Source: Magallana gigas
Lineage: Eukaryota
Assembly: GCF_963853765.1 (NCBI RefSeq)
Contig: NC_088860.1
Location: 11,284,001 to 11,348,000, forward strand
Direction of reading: 5' to 3'
Length of the DNA: 64,000 bases
Shown here in pieces: positions 48,201-61,211 of the stretch (the stretch's first letter is position 1; every line of letters starts with the position of its first letter). The notes beneath the pieces are model-generated. The model did no database searches, was not told the origin of the DNA, and saw only the letters and a list, made by a program, of their open reading frames with translations. The position numbers and the translations under genes are program-made.

Positions 48201-51200
48201 GAGCTCATTGAATTTAATAAAAATATACTCTTTTTATACAATCCAATTAATACAAAAAAAAACATGAAACGGAGAGAGTCACTTTTGGAGACGATGAAAA
48301 TTGATTTCTAAATACCGAGAAAAAAAAGTTGGACGATATATAACGTCGATCATGCCTGAAGTGATGTCTGTATTAATACCTGAACTCCAGTCAGATGGTT
48401 GTCAAAGTCTCCCTGTATGCTCAGTTTCTCGTTGTCTGATTTTACCGGAGTGGCGTACCGGAACCGGTTCAGATATGTCATGACACTCAGATGATCGACG
48501 GAGGGGTCTGATAGTTCGGACGCACTCAGGATCGGGTCCACGCCCATTCTCTTCCCGGCATCAATCGCTATAAGTGTAAGTCAAGACAAAGTTGCGTCTA
48601 TTGTGTATATACAGAATAAGATTATCAAGAGTATTTATTACAGCAATACTGAATAAAAATTGCACTTTTTCAATGCTGTGGTTTCATCAATATTCATCAA
48701 TTTTCGTGTCGCAGATTTAATCCACGAAATCATATGTTACTTTCCAAAGTGCAATCTCTAATAAGGTATTGTATTGATAGGATCACGGTAATTTGCATTA
48801 AATAAACGAAAATTGACGCCAACGAATATCAATGAAATCACTTTATAGATTAAGAATTTACGCAAAGGTGAGTGTACTATTGCTTTAATTTAAAATAAGC
48901 AATTTTTTTTTGTTGGCATTTTCTTAGTCCTATTGCGAGCTTAATTCTACAATTACACTATTTTACTGACAGTGAAACTAAGAGTACACATACCCATCTG
49001 TACATTCTTCATTTTATCTTCTCTGTCGATATTTGGCCAGTCCGGGATCACCCCTCCCATTGATGATACAATAGAGCACAGGTTGTATCCATCATTCCAG
49101 TCCGTCTGCAGAAAAAAAAATGCATTTTTAAAACAGCAAATTCAATGATGGTTTAAGCATTGCATTTGATTTTAAATTAATTATCTAGTAAAAGATAACC
49201 CTCGATGTCTTCTGAAAAAAAAAAATCTATTCCTTACCGTAAGATTTGTGATTTGGGTAGTCCTTAGTTGCTTGCAAACCCAGTTTAAGGTGTCGTAATA
49301 TCCCGGCGATTCTGACCTCACGAAATAGGAGAGGTATGTCATGGCCGACAACTCGTCCAGAGCCTCGCTTGCAAAGTCTTCCGGACTAATAACCCGTGGA
49401 ATGTTCAGGTGCTCTTTAGCCAGAAGTATTGCATTTCTACAGTTTTCTACACTGAATAAACAAAAGAAGTTGAATATTCTCTTGAACTTTTAATTAATAA
49501 ACATTCGGGGAATTGATAAGACAAATGTATTACATTTACATACGCATTTTTGGCGTGGAGCTCTCGCCAGTTTGGGGATGTACCTGGACGAAGATGATCA
49601 ATGAGTGCGCTAAAAAAAATAAAAACATATTTAAAAAAGTGGCACATTTCATCTAAGGACTTTTTTTGGAATCAGTTTCGAGTTGGTTTGGCTTATCTTA
49701 CTGTAGCGGTATTCCGGTGCTCCAATCGGAAGTAAAGTTTGAAATTTCAAGTTCCGGAAGTATTAACCGGAACCAGTTTATCATGAGCTTCTTTGGCGGA
49801 ACCTTCGTCTTCCGGGATGAGATCTGGTAGCGGACGATAAGATGCCATAGCAACCCCAATATCAGCTTCACATTCCCATTGACAATGTCCTCATTTCCTA
49901 GGGAACATTTCATTATGTGAAGTATTTTTGAATGTGTTTCATTTTCAAAATGCTTTTACTTTAACATCAGGCAGGGTTACAATATGGGCAGCGGAAAGGG
50001 CAAAAAATACATTTTTACAAAATCAATGATAAACTCAATTCAGCAATCTAAAATAATATTATCAATGACCATAACTGCAAAACCAACAGTCTTCCGTGCA
50101 AAATAAATGTAATTAAAATCAACCAAAGATATCTAAATACAAATCAAACACAAAAAGTAAAACCAACAGACATAAATGTAAAACAAACATACGTCAACAT
50201 GAAACAAGCGGACGCACAAATAAACGCCAGGTGGCGTTTTTTGGGAAGCAATATGCGTCATCGATTATTGGAATCCGGGATGGTTCGCGCCTATTCTGTT
50301 TCGCCCTGAGATGTTGATATATTTATTATGATTTATTAAAAATTAAAAATGATATTTCAATGACCTGTTTATACTCGTACATTTGTTCGAAATATTCATA
50401 TAGTCTTCTTATAGTCTTCTATAAAAAAAACCAAAAAAACGTCATTTCATTGTTATCCATCAGGCACGTAGCATCGTTTTTGAAAGTTTGGGGGGGGGGG
50501 GGGGGGGGGCAGGCTCATCCAAAAAATCTTGACAAGCCAAAAAAAAGGGGGGCAGCCCCCCCCCCCCCCCCCCCCCCCCCCCCGATGCTACGTGCCTGTC
50601 CATAAACATGATGATAGACAAAAAATTGAAGGAAACATTTTCAAAATGCGACAAGACATATGTTCATTGTAAATTAAAATTTCATAAAGTGCATGTATCA
50701 GAATACTTCAAGCTTATCGACATGAATACTGCCATGTCTTATATTTTCTTCAATCTACTTGTACAGGCAATGCATAAGAATGTAGAGAAATAAATCAAAC
50801 TTCGTTATAGAAAACATTTTAAGCTTTAATTAATGAATATTTTGATGATAACAATTTATACAAAATGTTTACTCTAAGACTTTCCGTTTCCGTCAGGCTA
50901 AGGCACATCTGTATAGATAATTATAGCAAACCAAATTTTCACGCCTCTATTCACGTAATGTCAGTCATTTGTTGCATTTCGTATCACTTTAATTTTACTG
51001 AGTGGAAGTAATGCAAACTATACAACTTGACATCTTTGTCAATTTTCTATTTACTGTCATCCGGTTAATTAAAAATTTACAAACAAACAAACCAACAAAC
51101 AAAAAAATTGAAATAGATCGAATTCTAAACGATTAGGTTTGATTAAGTTTGACTTTTGCTATAAGAATTTTAATTTTTTGATTAAATTTATATTAATTTT

Positions 51201-54041
51201 ATAAGACTGGTAAAAATCGTAGTTAAATAGTGGATGCAAGGGAGGGGAGGGGGGGGGGGGGGGTGGGGGGCAATGTAAAGATCAAGCAGATAGTTTATGT
51301 AATTAAATAATGATCCTCAAAATAGAGCTATGCTAACTATATAATATTTTACATTTGTAATTACATTAACATTCCCGAATTTTTCATAATAAAATACAGG
51401 TAATTCTCAAGTAAGGACAGGCTATAATTGTTATCACAACATAATTCACACCTCTTGTTCTGAACGATATAAAACGACATAACTTCATAAAATTAATAAA
51501 TAAAAATCCTAATAAAGCAAGCACGCTGTCTTGGCCGTGCATGCATAAAAGCAAGCACCGTTTCAATGGGTTTTTAAAAACATATTTCAATTCTTGTATA
51601 GGTAATAATTAATTTCAGAGGAAAAATGATACGAGAAAAGTATCTTAATACAGTAAGATGTTTTGCTCTGAGGCAGGTGCGAAACATCGAGGTGCGAAAC
51701 ATCTCAGAACGAAACAGAATAGGTGCGAACCATCCCGGATTCCAATAATCGATGACGCATATTGCTTCCCAAAAAACGCCACCTGGCGTTTATTTGTGCG
51801 TCCGCTTGTTTCATGTTGATGTATGTTCGTTTTACATTTATGTCTGTTGGTTTTACTTTTTGTGTTTGATTTGTAGTTAGATATCTTTGGTTGATTTTAT
51901 GTACATTTATTTTGCAAAGAAGACTGTTGGTTTTGCACTTATGGTCATTGATAATATTATTTAAGATTGCTGAATTGAGTTTATCGTTGATTTTGTAAAA
52001 TTGTATTTTTTGCCCTTTCCGCTGCCCATATTACAATAAAATATTTTTATAAGTTATCAATTGTAGCAAAATCCAAAAACATTTGTTATGACTCGATAAA
52101 AACCCTTTCTGTTCATACATGTACATGATTTTGCTGTAAAACGCATGGCTGTAATGTCTAATTATCTTAAATTTGAAAAGATTTTCAACGAGTAAATTGT
52201 TAAACCAAATGCTCTTAAATTCTGTAATTTGTTGGCAGATACATGTACCAACTCGATTTTTTAAAAAGTTAACTCGTACATTCATAATTAAATAACTCGT
52301 ACATTCATAATTAAATATATGACGTTTTCTGTTTTCCACAAACATATAATCTACATGTATAGCTATGCTCTTCAAGAATGTTATTTAATACGTACATATT
52401 GTAACTCTATTACTCAAATGAATGAAAGATACATGTAGATCTATTGTATTAATTGTCACACGGTTGTTGAAAATAAACATCTTGGTTTAATTTGTATGTC
52501 CTCTTTATAAACAACTACGAAATGAATATTGTTTACTTTTTTAATATCGCATGTTCATCTTAAAAAATTCTTAATCCAGCAGATGTTAAATCAACAAGAA
52601 ATATCTGTAATTTCATACGTGGTGCATTTAAAATAAGAACATCTAGTATGTACTAAATATTTGTCTATATGTATGACTTGCGCCACATGTGGTTTTTGTC
52701 AATGAATTGAATATACTAGTATATAATAATTTGTACCTCTTGTAACATTCATGTAAAATTCGTAATGTGAATAAGTTGAATTGAATTTCTTTAGTTGCGG
52801 TATGTTGCAAGCCATACTCTCAGACTATGTAATTACGTGTATACACACTAAACATGTTCAAATTAATTAAAAGACCTAAAATTCGATTACATCTGGTGTT
52901 TCAGAATAGAATTTCCTTCAAATTTCGCCCTAATAACTTTAAAAAATCGTAATTCACATGATTCAAGCGATCTACGACTTTTACCTACATTTATGTATCA
53001 TAAATAACTTTTTTTCATAACTCCAGAGGTTATTCTCATTTTCAAACTTGACTTGTAGCAGCTCTGAACTTAGCAACACAAATAAGTTTGGAATGCCTGC
53101 ACGATAAGTCTGAATGAGTTTGTGTTGATCGGCTGTAAATCATTACATATGGTTACATTTAAAGAGACCTAGCTATTTATTGGCTATTCCCTGTCCCCTT
53201 TTTTCTTTAACATCATATCTAGAGCTTTATTTTATATTGAAAGAATGTAAGGACCTGTTATCATGGGATTTTTGTAAAACACAGGAAGATTAGAGCACAC
53301 CATGTGATAATAAGAATAAACAACACGCATTAAAATAGGCGATTAGGAGTGGACATTGAGGGAATATTGTTTCTCGAGGAGAGGCACTTAATAGATATCA
53401 AACTACAAGTTATTATATAAAGTTGTTAACGTTTTATGATAATATTATTTTTTCGTGGAAAACAAAACAGAAATCGAAACAACGACATGAAATTTCGCTA
53501 CTTGCAGAAGTTGTAGTATGTCTTCAGAGGTTTTGGACCTTACCAAATTATCAATTGATTTCACAATATAAATGCACACGTGTTTTGATAACGTGAAGGA
53601 AAAGACAAGAAAGAAAGAGAGAAAAACTACAAGTAAATTAAAATAGCAAATACTCAATGCTTATCTCTAAACTCTGAATAAATGGCATTTTAAGAATCTC
53701 CATACTTCCTCAATCCACTCACCAATGTTAACGAGTCGGACATTGTCTTCCATGATGGCTTTACAGGCCAGGGCCACATTCTGGATCATTTGAATCCGCC
53801 CCGTGGGGTTGGGGATGACCTTCCCGATCTTCTTGAACTGTAGTGATTCAACCAGCGCCACCAAAGTAACTCCATCACAGAAATCCTTCTCGATGTCCTG
53901 TATGACCCGCCCACTAACACTCAACTGTTCATTTATCCAGTTAGTGAACGTCTTCCTCTGAATCTCCACCCAGCGGTTCTCCGGAGACACCTTACTGAGC
54001 TCTTTCTCCTGGGAGGGGCTGGCGGGCTCCACCGTTGACAT
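43483..54041 (-). CDS. Short filamin-like actin-binding protein (3 calponin-homology domains + about 8 filamin Ig repeats), ~1125 aa
   Basis: Exons 54041-53723, 49897-49702, 49609-49544, 49451-49238, 49105-48994, 48567-48380, 48092-47937, 47489-47358, 47220-47094, 47003-46866, 46732-46556, 46392-46249, 46138-46013, 45889-45743, 45629-45525, 45409-45224, 45103-44999, 44773-44597, 44457-44308, 44171-44004, 43727-43483; all GT-AG and in phase. CH1 WVEIQRKTFTNW..EDIVNGNVKLILGLLWHLI; CH2 FTSDWSTG..DELSAMTYLSYF; CH3 TDWNDG..DHLSVMTYLNRF; Ig motifs such as VPGSPF, VRVYGPG and AGAGQLAVRIRGP. Confidence 0.9.
45139..45200. repeat. (AG)n microsatellite inside a 120-nt filamin intron
   Basis: About 31 AG units, read as (CT)n on the transcribed strand. 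Confidence 0.95.
49981..52032. mobile_element. Foldback-type non-autonomous DNA element with ~335-bp terminal inverted repeats (filamin intron 1)
   Basis: 49981-50315 and 51698-52032 are reverse complements at high identity (AATATGGGCAGCGGAAAGGG.../...CCCTTTCCGCTGCCCATATT). The direct repeat TTACAA occurs at 49977-49982 and 52031-52036. Confidence 0.85.
50461..50598. mobile_element. G/C-tract MITE nested in the foldback element
   Basis: Perfect 16-bp TIR CAGGCACGTAGCATCG/CGATGCTACGTGCCTG, TCCAT on both flanks, and long G and C runs. Confidence 0.8.
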
Positions 54042-55196
54042 ATTTGTAGGCTGTGTTTACGCTCCGACTGATTATTGATACACCTTTATTCTGGAATACC
54101 TGTCTGATAACAACTTGACAAAAGGGAGACAACCTCGCCGGTTATCGATCTACCTGTGGCGAGAGTCAACAGGGGGGTTCGTATCTTGATATTGGCCTAG
54201 GTGTGTTAGCCTTCAAGAGGTGTTTTATTAGCCTATATGTAACAAAGCAAATGTTTTGGCTATCCTGAGATAGGAGATATCGTGGATTTGACTAATTCTT
54301 TTTCAATATATATCACAGTAAAGTGTCCTTTTCGATCAATAAATTAAGATTTTGGATTTTGGTTTTCAATATGATAACACGTTCTAGAGAAATATACATT
54401 TGTTTTTGGTCCTCTTTTGTACTCAATCATTAATATCAGCCAAGGTTTATTTAATAATATGCATTAAATACACGTAGAAGTAAATATAGTTTGGACCAAC
54501 GTTTCTGACAACGCTGAATACAAGTCTGAATTAAGAAACACGCAGAATTTTAACCTCTACTCGAAGCAAATATACGTAACTTAACTGCTTGATTCCTTTT
54601 AAAAAGGACCAAAGACAAAAGAACGCACTCAAAAACAAAATCAAAAGCTATTTAATTGATGACACAGTAATGTGTAGTTATAACTATCTACGGTCGTGTG
54701 AGATTATATTAAATTTCTTTAATGAATGTGTAATAAATGACTAAGAGCATAAATAAAAGCATAATGGGAATACAAGTACACATGGTGATAAATAGGGTGA
54801 TCACCATCATATGAATTAATTTCCCTCTTGTCGTTGTTGTTATGCTTTTTTTTCTCATTTTCTACACCACGGGCGAATTTTGCTATTTTGACAACTATTT
54901 TCATTAATGAACAATAAAAAACGATTTTAAAAAATCAGTATTTTATTTTTTAAAAATCTGACAACTAATTATCAACAGCGGTATAAAGCCGAAGTGCTCA
55001 TTTTATAATCCCCAAGTCGTATGAGTATCGGCATGGCAAACTGAAGAATCATACTTTACAAAAATTCTTGTCAGAGGTAAAATTTATAAATATACTGAAA
55101 AACATACTGAAAATAATATATCAATATATCAATTCACGAAAAGCAAGAAATGTTTGATCAGGGCCGTCGATTATAATCTGCTGGCGTGATTGTTGC

Positions 55197-58100
55197 TTAC
55201 TGCACAGTGAAGCCTCCATCTATAACAATGGGTGACCCCGTCATACTGTCAGCGCCAGAGGAACACAGAAACACCACTAAGTCACTTATCTACAAATTAA
55301 TCAATCAATCCATCAATCAATCAATCAGTCAATCGATTAAACATTCAACCAATTAGTCATTCAAGAATCAGTCAACCTTAGTTTATTTAAACATTTCTGT
55401 AGTTGTTTGTTTTCAGTTAAACGATTTATATTAAATTTCAATGCTATATTATTATAATAAAAGACAACCCTTGCTCATATGTTACAAAACTTTCACTATT
55501 CACAGCGGTACATTACATTATAGATACTGATATATTTTGTACTTGAAATTACCTGTCCAACTTCCACAGGTTTTCCAGTTGGAGCTCTGGAAAAGAACTT
55601 CTCCTGGAAAGTAATACAGTACCGTATTTATAACTAAACTCAACGGGAACATATAACGTACAAAATAGTTACAGGACAACATTAAGAAAGCTACCTCAAC
55701 AATCAGTATGTTACCTTTGCTTCATCAAATGTGGCTAGACCCTCTTTCTCTTGAAAAGCGCGCACCTGTGGATCTGTGACTGGAACAAAGAAGAACGTGA
55801 TTTAATACATGGACGCTTTTTCATTAATCGTCCAAACTAAATCACGTCCGCCCCATTTATTAGTCGCATGTACATTTTCTAATATTCAATTCACGTAAAC
55901 GTGTTTTTACAAACAATCGTGATGGTTTTGTGGAACAATTCCAAAGTGCGTAGAAATTACGTTAACCCGCCATCAAAGAAAAGCCAATGCTTAGAGTAAG
56001 GGTTATCGGTTGAATATTTTCTTTAATTACGCAAATAGTTGACAGTCTACCAATTTACTCGAGGACTAAATTTATACTGTCTCTGTATGATAAGTGTTCA
56101 GGGGGGACTACTTAGAATTTTGATGAGCCCCAGATGAACAATACTGCCGGATGTGAAGCACATGCACTGATCCGATCTTATTTGGTTTCTTAATTCGTGT
56201 ACATGCTCCGTCCACAAGTTCATTTCCTGGTAAATTGGAGTTTATCTTATCCTATTTTTTTTATAAATCATAAAAAAAAACAGACAAAGAACTTGTCAAG
56301 CAAGCTAAAGAAGTATGATAACAAGAGGCCCATGGGGCCACATCGCTCACCTGAGCAACAATGGCTTTATATGGATGTTTAAAGGATATTGTGCCATATG
56401 GCCCCTCGGTAGAAAAACAAAAAAAGAATACCATAAAATAAACTGTATCTAAAGTTTACACTTATTTTCCTACACTTAATCTATGACATTATACCCTTAT
56501 GAAATACCATTTTTACCAAAAATAAGATCCTATGCAAGATACAAAATTTTGGTAGGGGTACACTCTTAACTTCCAATTCTCTTTATTTTAGTTCTGCCCC
56601 CTCACTTTAAAAAACGATCAAATCATATATGAAGAGGAAAATTATACCCCAAGGTGCTCAAATTAAAAACATTCAAATATTTAATTGGTCTTCCACATTA
56701 TAAACAATTGTTGTTTACCAGGCGTGAACTCGTGCTACGTTTTATAACCTTACTCACTTGATCGATGAATACACTCGAATGAAAAATGTTGTCATGTAAT
56801 ATGTTAAAGAGCTATTAAATGTATTTTTTATGCAAAGTTAGACATAGCCATACTCAAAATCTTTTTTTTTTTTGCTTGTCAAGATTTCTGATAAGGTCTA
56901 ACCCCCCCCCCCCTCAATGAGCCTCAGACTGAAATGTACTGACAGGCATATCGCTCTATTTTACTAAGGCCCACACTTTATTTTCATCTTTATTCAAGAT
57001 CAACGTTAAAAAAGGGCTACAAATCAAGATGATTTTCCACTGTAATTTTTTCTTAAGAATAGCAATAATAGATTTATCCCGTAAGAGTTATGTTTTAAAC
57101 TGTTTTAAAGAGGTCGTTTTAATTTAATTGTGTCTGAAAAAACCATCAAAGTTGGTGTAGATTCATCGTATAAGAAGGGGGCCCCAAAAAGTTGTTATAG
57201 CATATCATCCTTTTAATTTTTCTGTACAAGTATTTAACGTTAATTGAGACATTTCTAGTGATAAATCAAAATTTCAGCGTCAATCGTAGAATTATAAGCA
57301 AGATACAGAACTCACAATTCTGCTTGGTTTGAGTCAATTTTTTGTTCACAAGAGTTAATTTCATTCAACTTAAGATTTTTAAATTTGGTATTTCCTATTC
57401 AGAATGAACAAAAGCATGGCCTCAGTTCAATCTCCGTTTAGACTGAAAATGCAGAGCATCTTAACAAAACACGTTGCATTATAATCAACCGTAACGTAGA
57501 GATCGTACCGAATTACCAATAAAATGTATAATATTTATAATATGATATGCTGTTAGTGCATCAGATTATGCTAATTTTGCGCAGGTAAAATATTAACTGT
57601 CTGATTTACCGAAGTCTATATTTGATTCGATACATAAAAATCCCAAAATACAGGCAATATTTCCTCACAAGTTAAAGAGCATAAACGAAATTCAAAACAA
57701 CGTAAAACCACTGTCATGAGTGAAAAGGTCCACGCATCGAAAGATTGAATCTCAATTGACTTCACGAAATTGGCACAAATATATTTAGCACGTTTCAAGT
57801 ATCCCTTCGCATGTAAACTGTCGCACAACAAGCAAATACATCTTTGTCAGTTTGACCCGTTTGCCATGCGTCAACATTCAAACTTGGCTGCCTTACACAA
57901 TGAACTTTCGTTTTCGATATGGAATATCGAACCCGAAGTTATAAACTGATTGACAGCGATTATCTCTTTATTTTTATTTTCGTTAATTACTCAAAATTGA
58001 AACAGAGTTCGCCAATAATTTTTGCAATTTATGTTTTCCTTTCCATAAGGATTATTTTTGCAAAATTACATTGAATTTGACTCAATACTTCTTGAGAAGA

Positions 58101-58203
58101 AGATTTTTTTAAATGCACCCCCCTTTTTCTAAAGTTTCGAGGTTTTCTCCGTTTAAAATAAAGATAGGTCTTTTATTTCTGCAATTTATAATCACCTTTC
58201 TAT

Positions 58204-58238
<35 letters not shown>

Positions 58239-58334
58239 GAAGTGGTTTTAGAGAAAAAGTTTAAAATGTGAAAAGTTTACAGACGGACGGACGGACAGAC
58301 AGACGGACGGACGGACGACGGACAAAAGGTGATT

Positions 58335-58376
<42 letters not shown>

Positions 58377-60030
58377 GAATACATGTCTAGTATAAGATCT
58401 TTGCAAGAGTGAGTCTGTAACATTGTTTAAAGTAGTCTTGCTTTCAACGGAATTAAAAAATAATGAGCTGTGAATGTAGACCTTTGCAATCTAATTTGAG
58501 CTGGAAATTATCATAATGTTAAAGTTATCTTTACAATTTTTATTCAATAAGACTTTGCAGTTTTTCACTTAAGGTATAAAGTAATTGTCTTTGAAATAAA
58601 TGATCGACAAACATGGTACATGTATTTACTTAAAACAGAGTAAGGTAAATACCAGCGGTGTAGGCGAATCCAGGACAAATTGCATTACACGTTACTCCAA
58701 AGGGGGCTCCCTCCAAAGCCACGCCCTGTAACAAATAATCAAGAATAACATTACAACAATTGTTCTTCTACTCGTGTGATAAATGTTAATGAAACAGTTA
58801 CAGGACTATGTTGGTTTTTGGAGTTAATTTCTTAATCCGGAATATAAGTGTGTATATGGAGATAAAGTAGATACACCCGAATGCGAACAGATTATTTTCA
58901 ATGTATAAATTGATGTAGTGTACAAGAAAATACTAAATTCAATATCTAAAAAAAACCAACCCTGGACAACCCGATGATTCCCGATTTAGCAGCACTGTAC
59001 ACAGCTTTTCCCGGCTGGCTGATCAAACCCATCATGGAGGATATGTTGATTATTCGGCCCCATCCTGAGAATTACAAACGTCAATTCACACGTGAAAAAA
59101 TTTAACATGAGCGTTTTGTAAATTGGAATTAAAAGAGGTTTTTGGAATAATTAAGATGATTGACATCATGCCTATTCCTCTAACTTATTCTAAAACCTGA
59201 ATAATTTAAAGTTTGTTTTGATTTAGTATGATCGAGATGAGAGCTTCTCTTCATTTGTGACCGATTAACATTTTTACCAAACTTTGTCTTACTTTTGTGG
59301 GAACAAAATAACAGCATATCGAATAGACTCTCCTACGAAATATACATTTATTTCACTATTTATATATTCATATATGATACAGTTATCAAATATGAATAAA
59401 TATTTGTCCTTAGGGCATAGCCGGACTACTAAACTAGACTAACCTTTCTGTTTCATGCTAGGAATGAAATATTTGATAAGATCAAACGGAGAAGTTAGCA
59501 TTATGCTAATCATTACATCCCATTTTTCATCCGGGTATTCGTCGATTGGACTTACATGATTTATCCCTACAATGAAACCACTACAATCGGATGTCATCAC
59601 AATTTTATTTAACTGTTGTAAAATGTCAAGATCTTTTAAAAAAACGTGATGCTAAACATACCAGCATTGTTAACTAAAATATCGACTCCATTATGGTGTA
59701 GTTTAGATATTTCTTTGCACATCTGATGAACCGAATCACGTGATCTTAGATCACATGGTACAAAGGAAGCATTTCCATTGCATGATCTGTCAACACATGT
59801 AACTAAGGTCAAAATGTAGAGATGATGATCATTTTTTATATTATATTGCTTTTACTTCTAAGACAAGACACTTACACTTTGAATTCCTTCACCAATTCAT
59901 CAATGGTCGTTTGATCCCCCAGTCCAGTCAAAATCAAAGCACATCCTTTCTTTGCCAGACTCCGAGCAATGCCAAGTCCTATCCCACTTGTTGAACCCGT
60001 CACTAAGGCGACTTTACCGCTTAAATCCAT
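55197..60030 (-). CDS. Classical SDR resembling bacterial D-3-hydroxybutyrate dehydrogenase (BdhA type), ~262 aa
   Basis: Exons 60030-59876, 59786-59662, 59566-59444, 59064-58961, 58725-58653, 55779-55715, 55603-55553, 55289-55197 are in phase. Motifs: VALVTGSTSGIGLGIA, VDILVNNAG, GWGRIINISS, GKAVYSAAK (YxxxK), VTCNAICPG, MTGSPIVIDGGFTVQ. Confidence 0.9.
56320..58372 (-). mobile_element. Helentron-associated HINE-like element (or two remnants) in the SDR gene intron
   Basis: The minus-strand 5' end is TTTTAGCTCACCTGAGCTGAAAGCTCAAGTGAGC followed by a (GTCC/GTCT)n microsatellite (about 58283-58322). The 3' end is CAGGTGAGCGATGTGGCCCCATGGGCCTCTTGTT at 56320-56355, with complementary subterminal GCTCACCTG/CAGGTGAGC and a terminal palindrome. 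Confidence 0.65.
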
Positions 60031-60853
60031 AACTAAAACATTACAGTTATTTTGACTTAGTTCCAATGTCTGCAGTATGATTTACAAGTACATATTCACT
60101 ACTTTTGAGGACAATTTACTTTCAATGTACTTATGAAGTCTGCTTTTGGTTTGAAAGCTGCTACTCGAAAATTGTACATGTTAACCGGTAGTTTCTCACA
60201 CAATATAATATATAAAGGACGGATAAAAGCTGGTTTGCACTGCTATTTTGGTGATTCTTGGAAGAAAAAATATATACTTTTATACTAATATATACTATAT
60301 AAACCAAAAGTACTTTTACAGTAAAACTGTTGAAATTATATTTTGTTAAGAGCAAAAAAAAACCCAATGTATTTTTATTGTTGAAAATAGACTGACTGAG
60401 CTCTAAAATTAGTTTTTTATACATTTTATGGATTTTTATGTTTTTTAGGAGTCGCAATGTTTCATTAATATTATGACAGGAAAAGCCCTCCGTAGATAAA
60501 TAAACAAAGTCGTCCTCAATCTTGAAACCTACAATGCCTTCCAAACAGAGGATTAAATAATAGAGTATATTTCTGAATATCGCACTTTGAAAAAATGCAT
60601 CGTAAAGTTGCATTTTTACATAGCCACTAGAAAAATTTCTTTTTTTAGATGAATGTGACAGAGATCTCTGTATTTCTCCACTTACCGTAGTGTATGGCTG
60701 CCCTGTTCCGAGTTTCTCAAATCAAATTACATGTACGTGTTAGGGCCGCTAGTGATCGTGGAATTCGACGGAATGAAGAAACGTGCGCTTATTTGCAAAT
60801 TGTACGAGAACTATGGAAAAATTATCAATGATCATTTTTCACATTATTTTAAA

Positions 60854-61211
60854 CACGCACGTAGCATCGTTTTTAAAGGGTATGGGGGGGGGGACTTACC
60901 AAACAAGCTAAAGCAGATAAATAAAATCTCCAAACAGGGGGGTGGGGAGGGTAAGTCAGCATTGTGACAAGCGATTTCACAAATATTTCTAAAAATTCTT
61001 TTTCCCTAATCTTCAACATCCTTAACCGGGGATGGTAGGCATAATAACTAAACCATCTTTTGATAATGGTTCATTTTATTATTTTTTTCCATATTTTTTT
61101 CTAATATTCCAAATATTGGGGGGGGGACTTCCTGAAAACTTCAATTTTTGCATGTTAAAGAAAATTGTTTATTTCCACAAAAAGTGGCCCACCACCGATA
61201 CTACGTGCCTG
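60854..61211. mobile_element. G/C-tract MITE, same family as 50461-50598
   Basis: Imperfect TIR CACGCACGTAGCATCG/CGATACTACGTGCCTG with internal G runs. Confidence 0.7.

Noticed and set aside
33818-60030. Bacterial contamination as the source of the DUF885 and BdhA-like genes
   Set aside because: Both have many phase-consistent spliceosomal introns containing host-type MITEs, and they are interleaved with animal genes.
59872-60066. Track ORF extending the SDR N-terminus (MELSQNNCNVLV)
   Set aside because: It starts at TTG and spans a likely 5'UTR-intron acceptor (TTTTAG|TTATG); the ATG at 60030 is the better start.
60161-60613. 150-aa minus-strand ORF
   Set aside because: It has an I/L/F/K/N/Y-rich composition typical of AT-rich non-coding DNA, no recognisable motif, and no ATG start.
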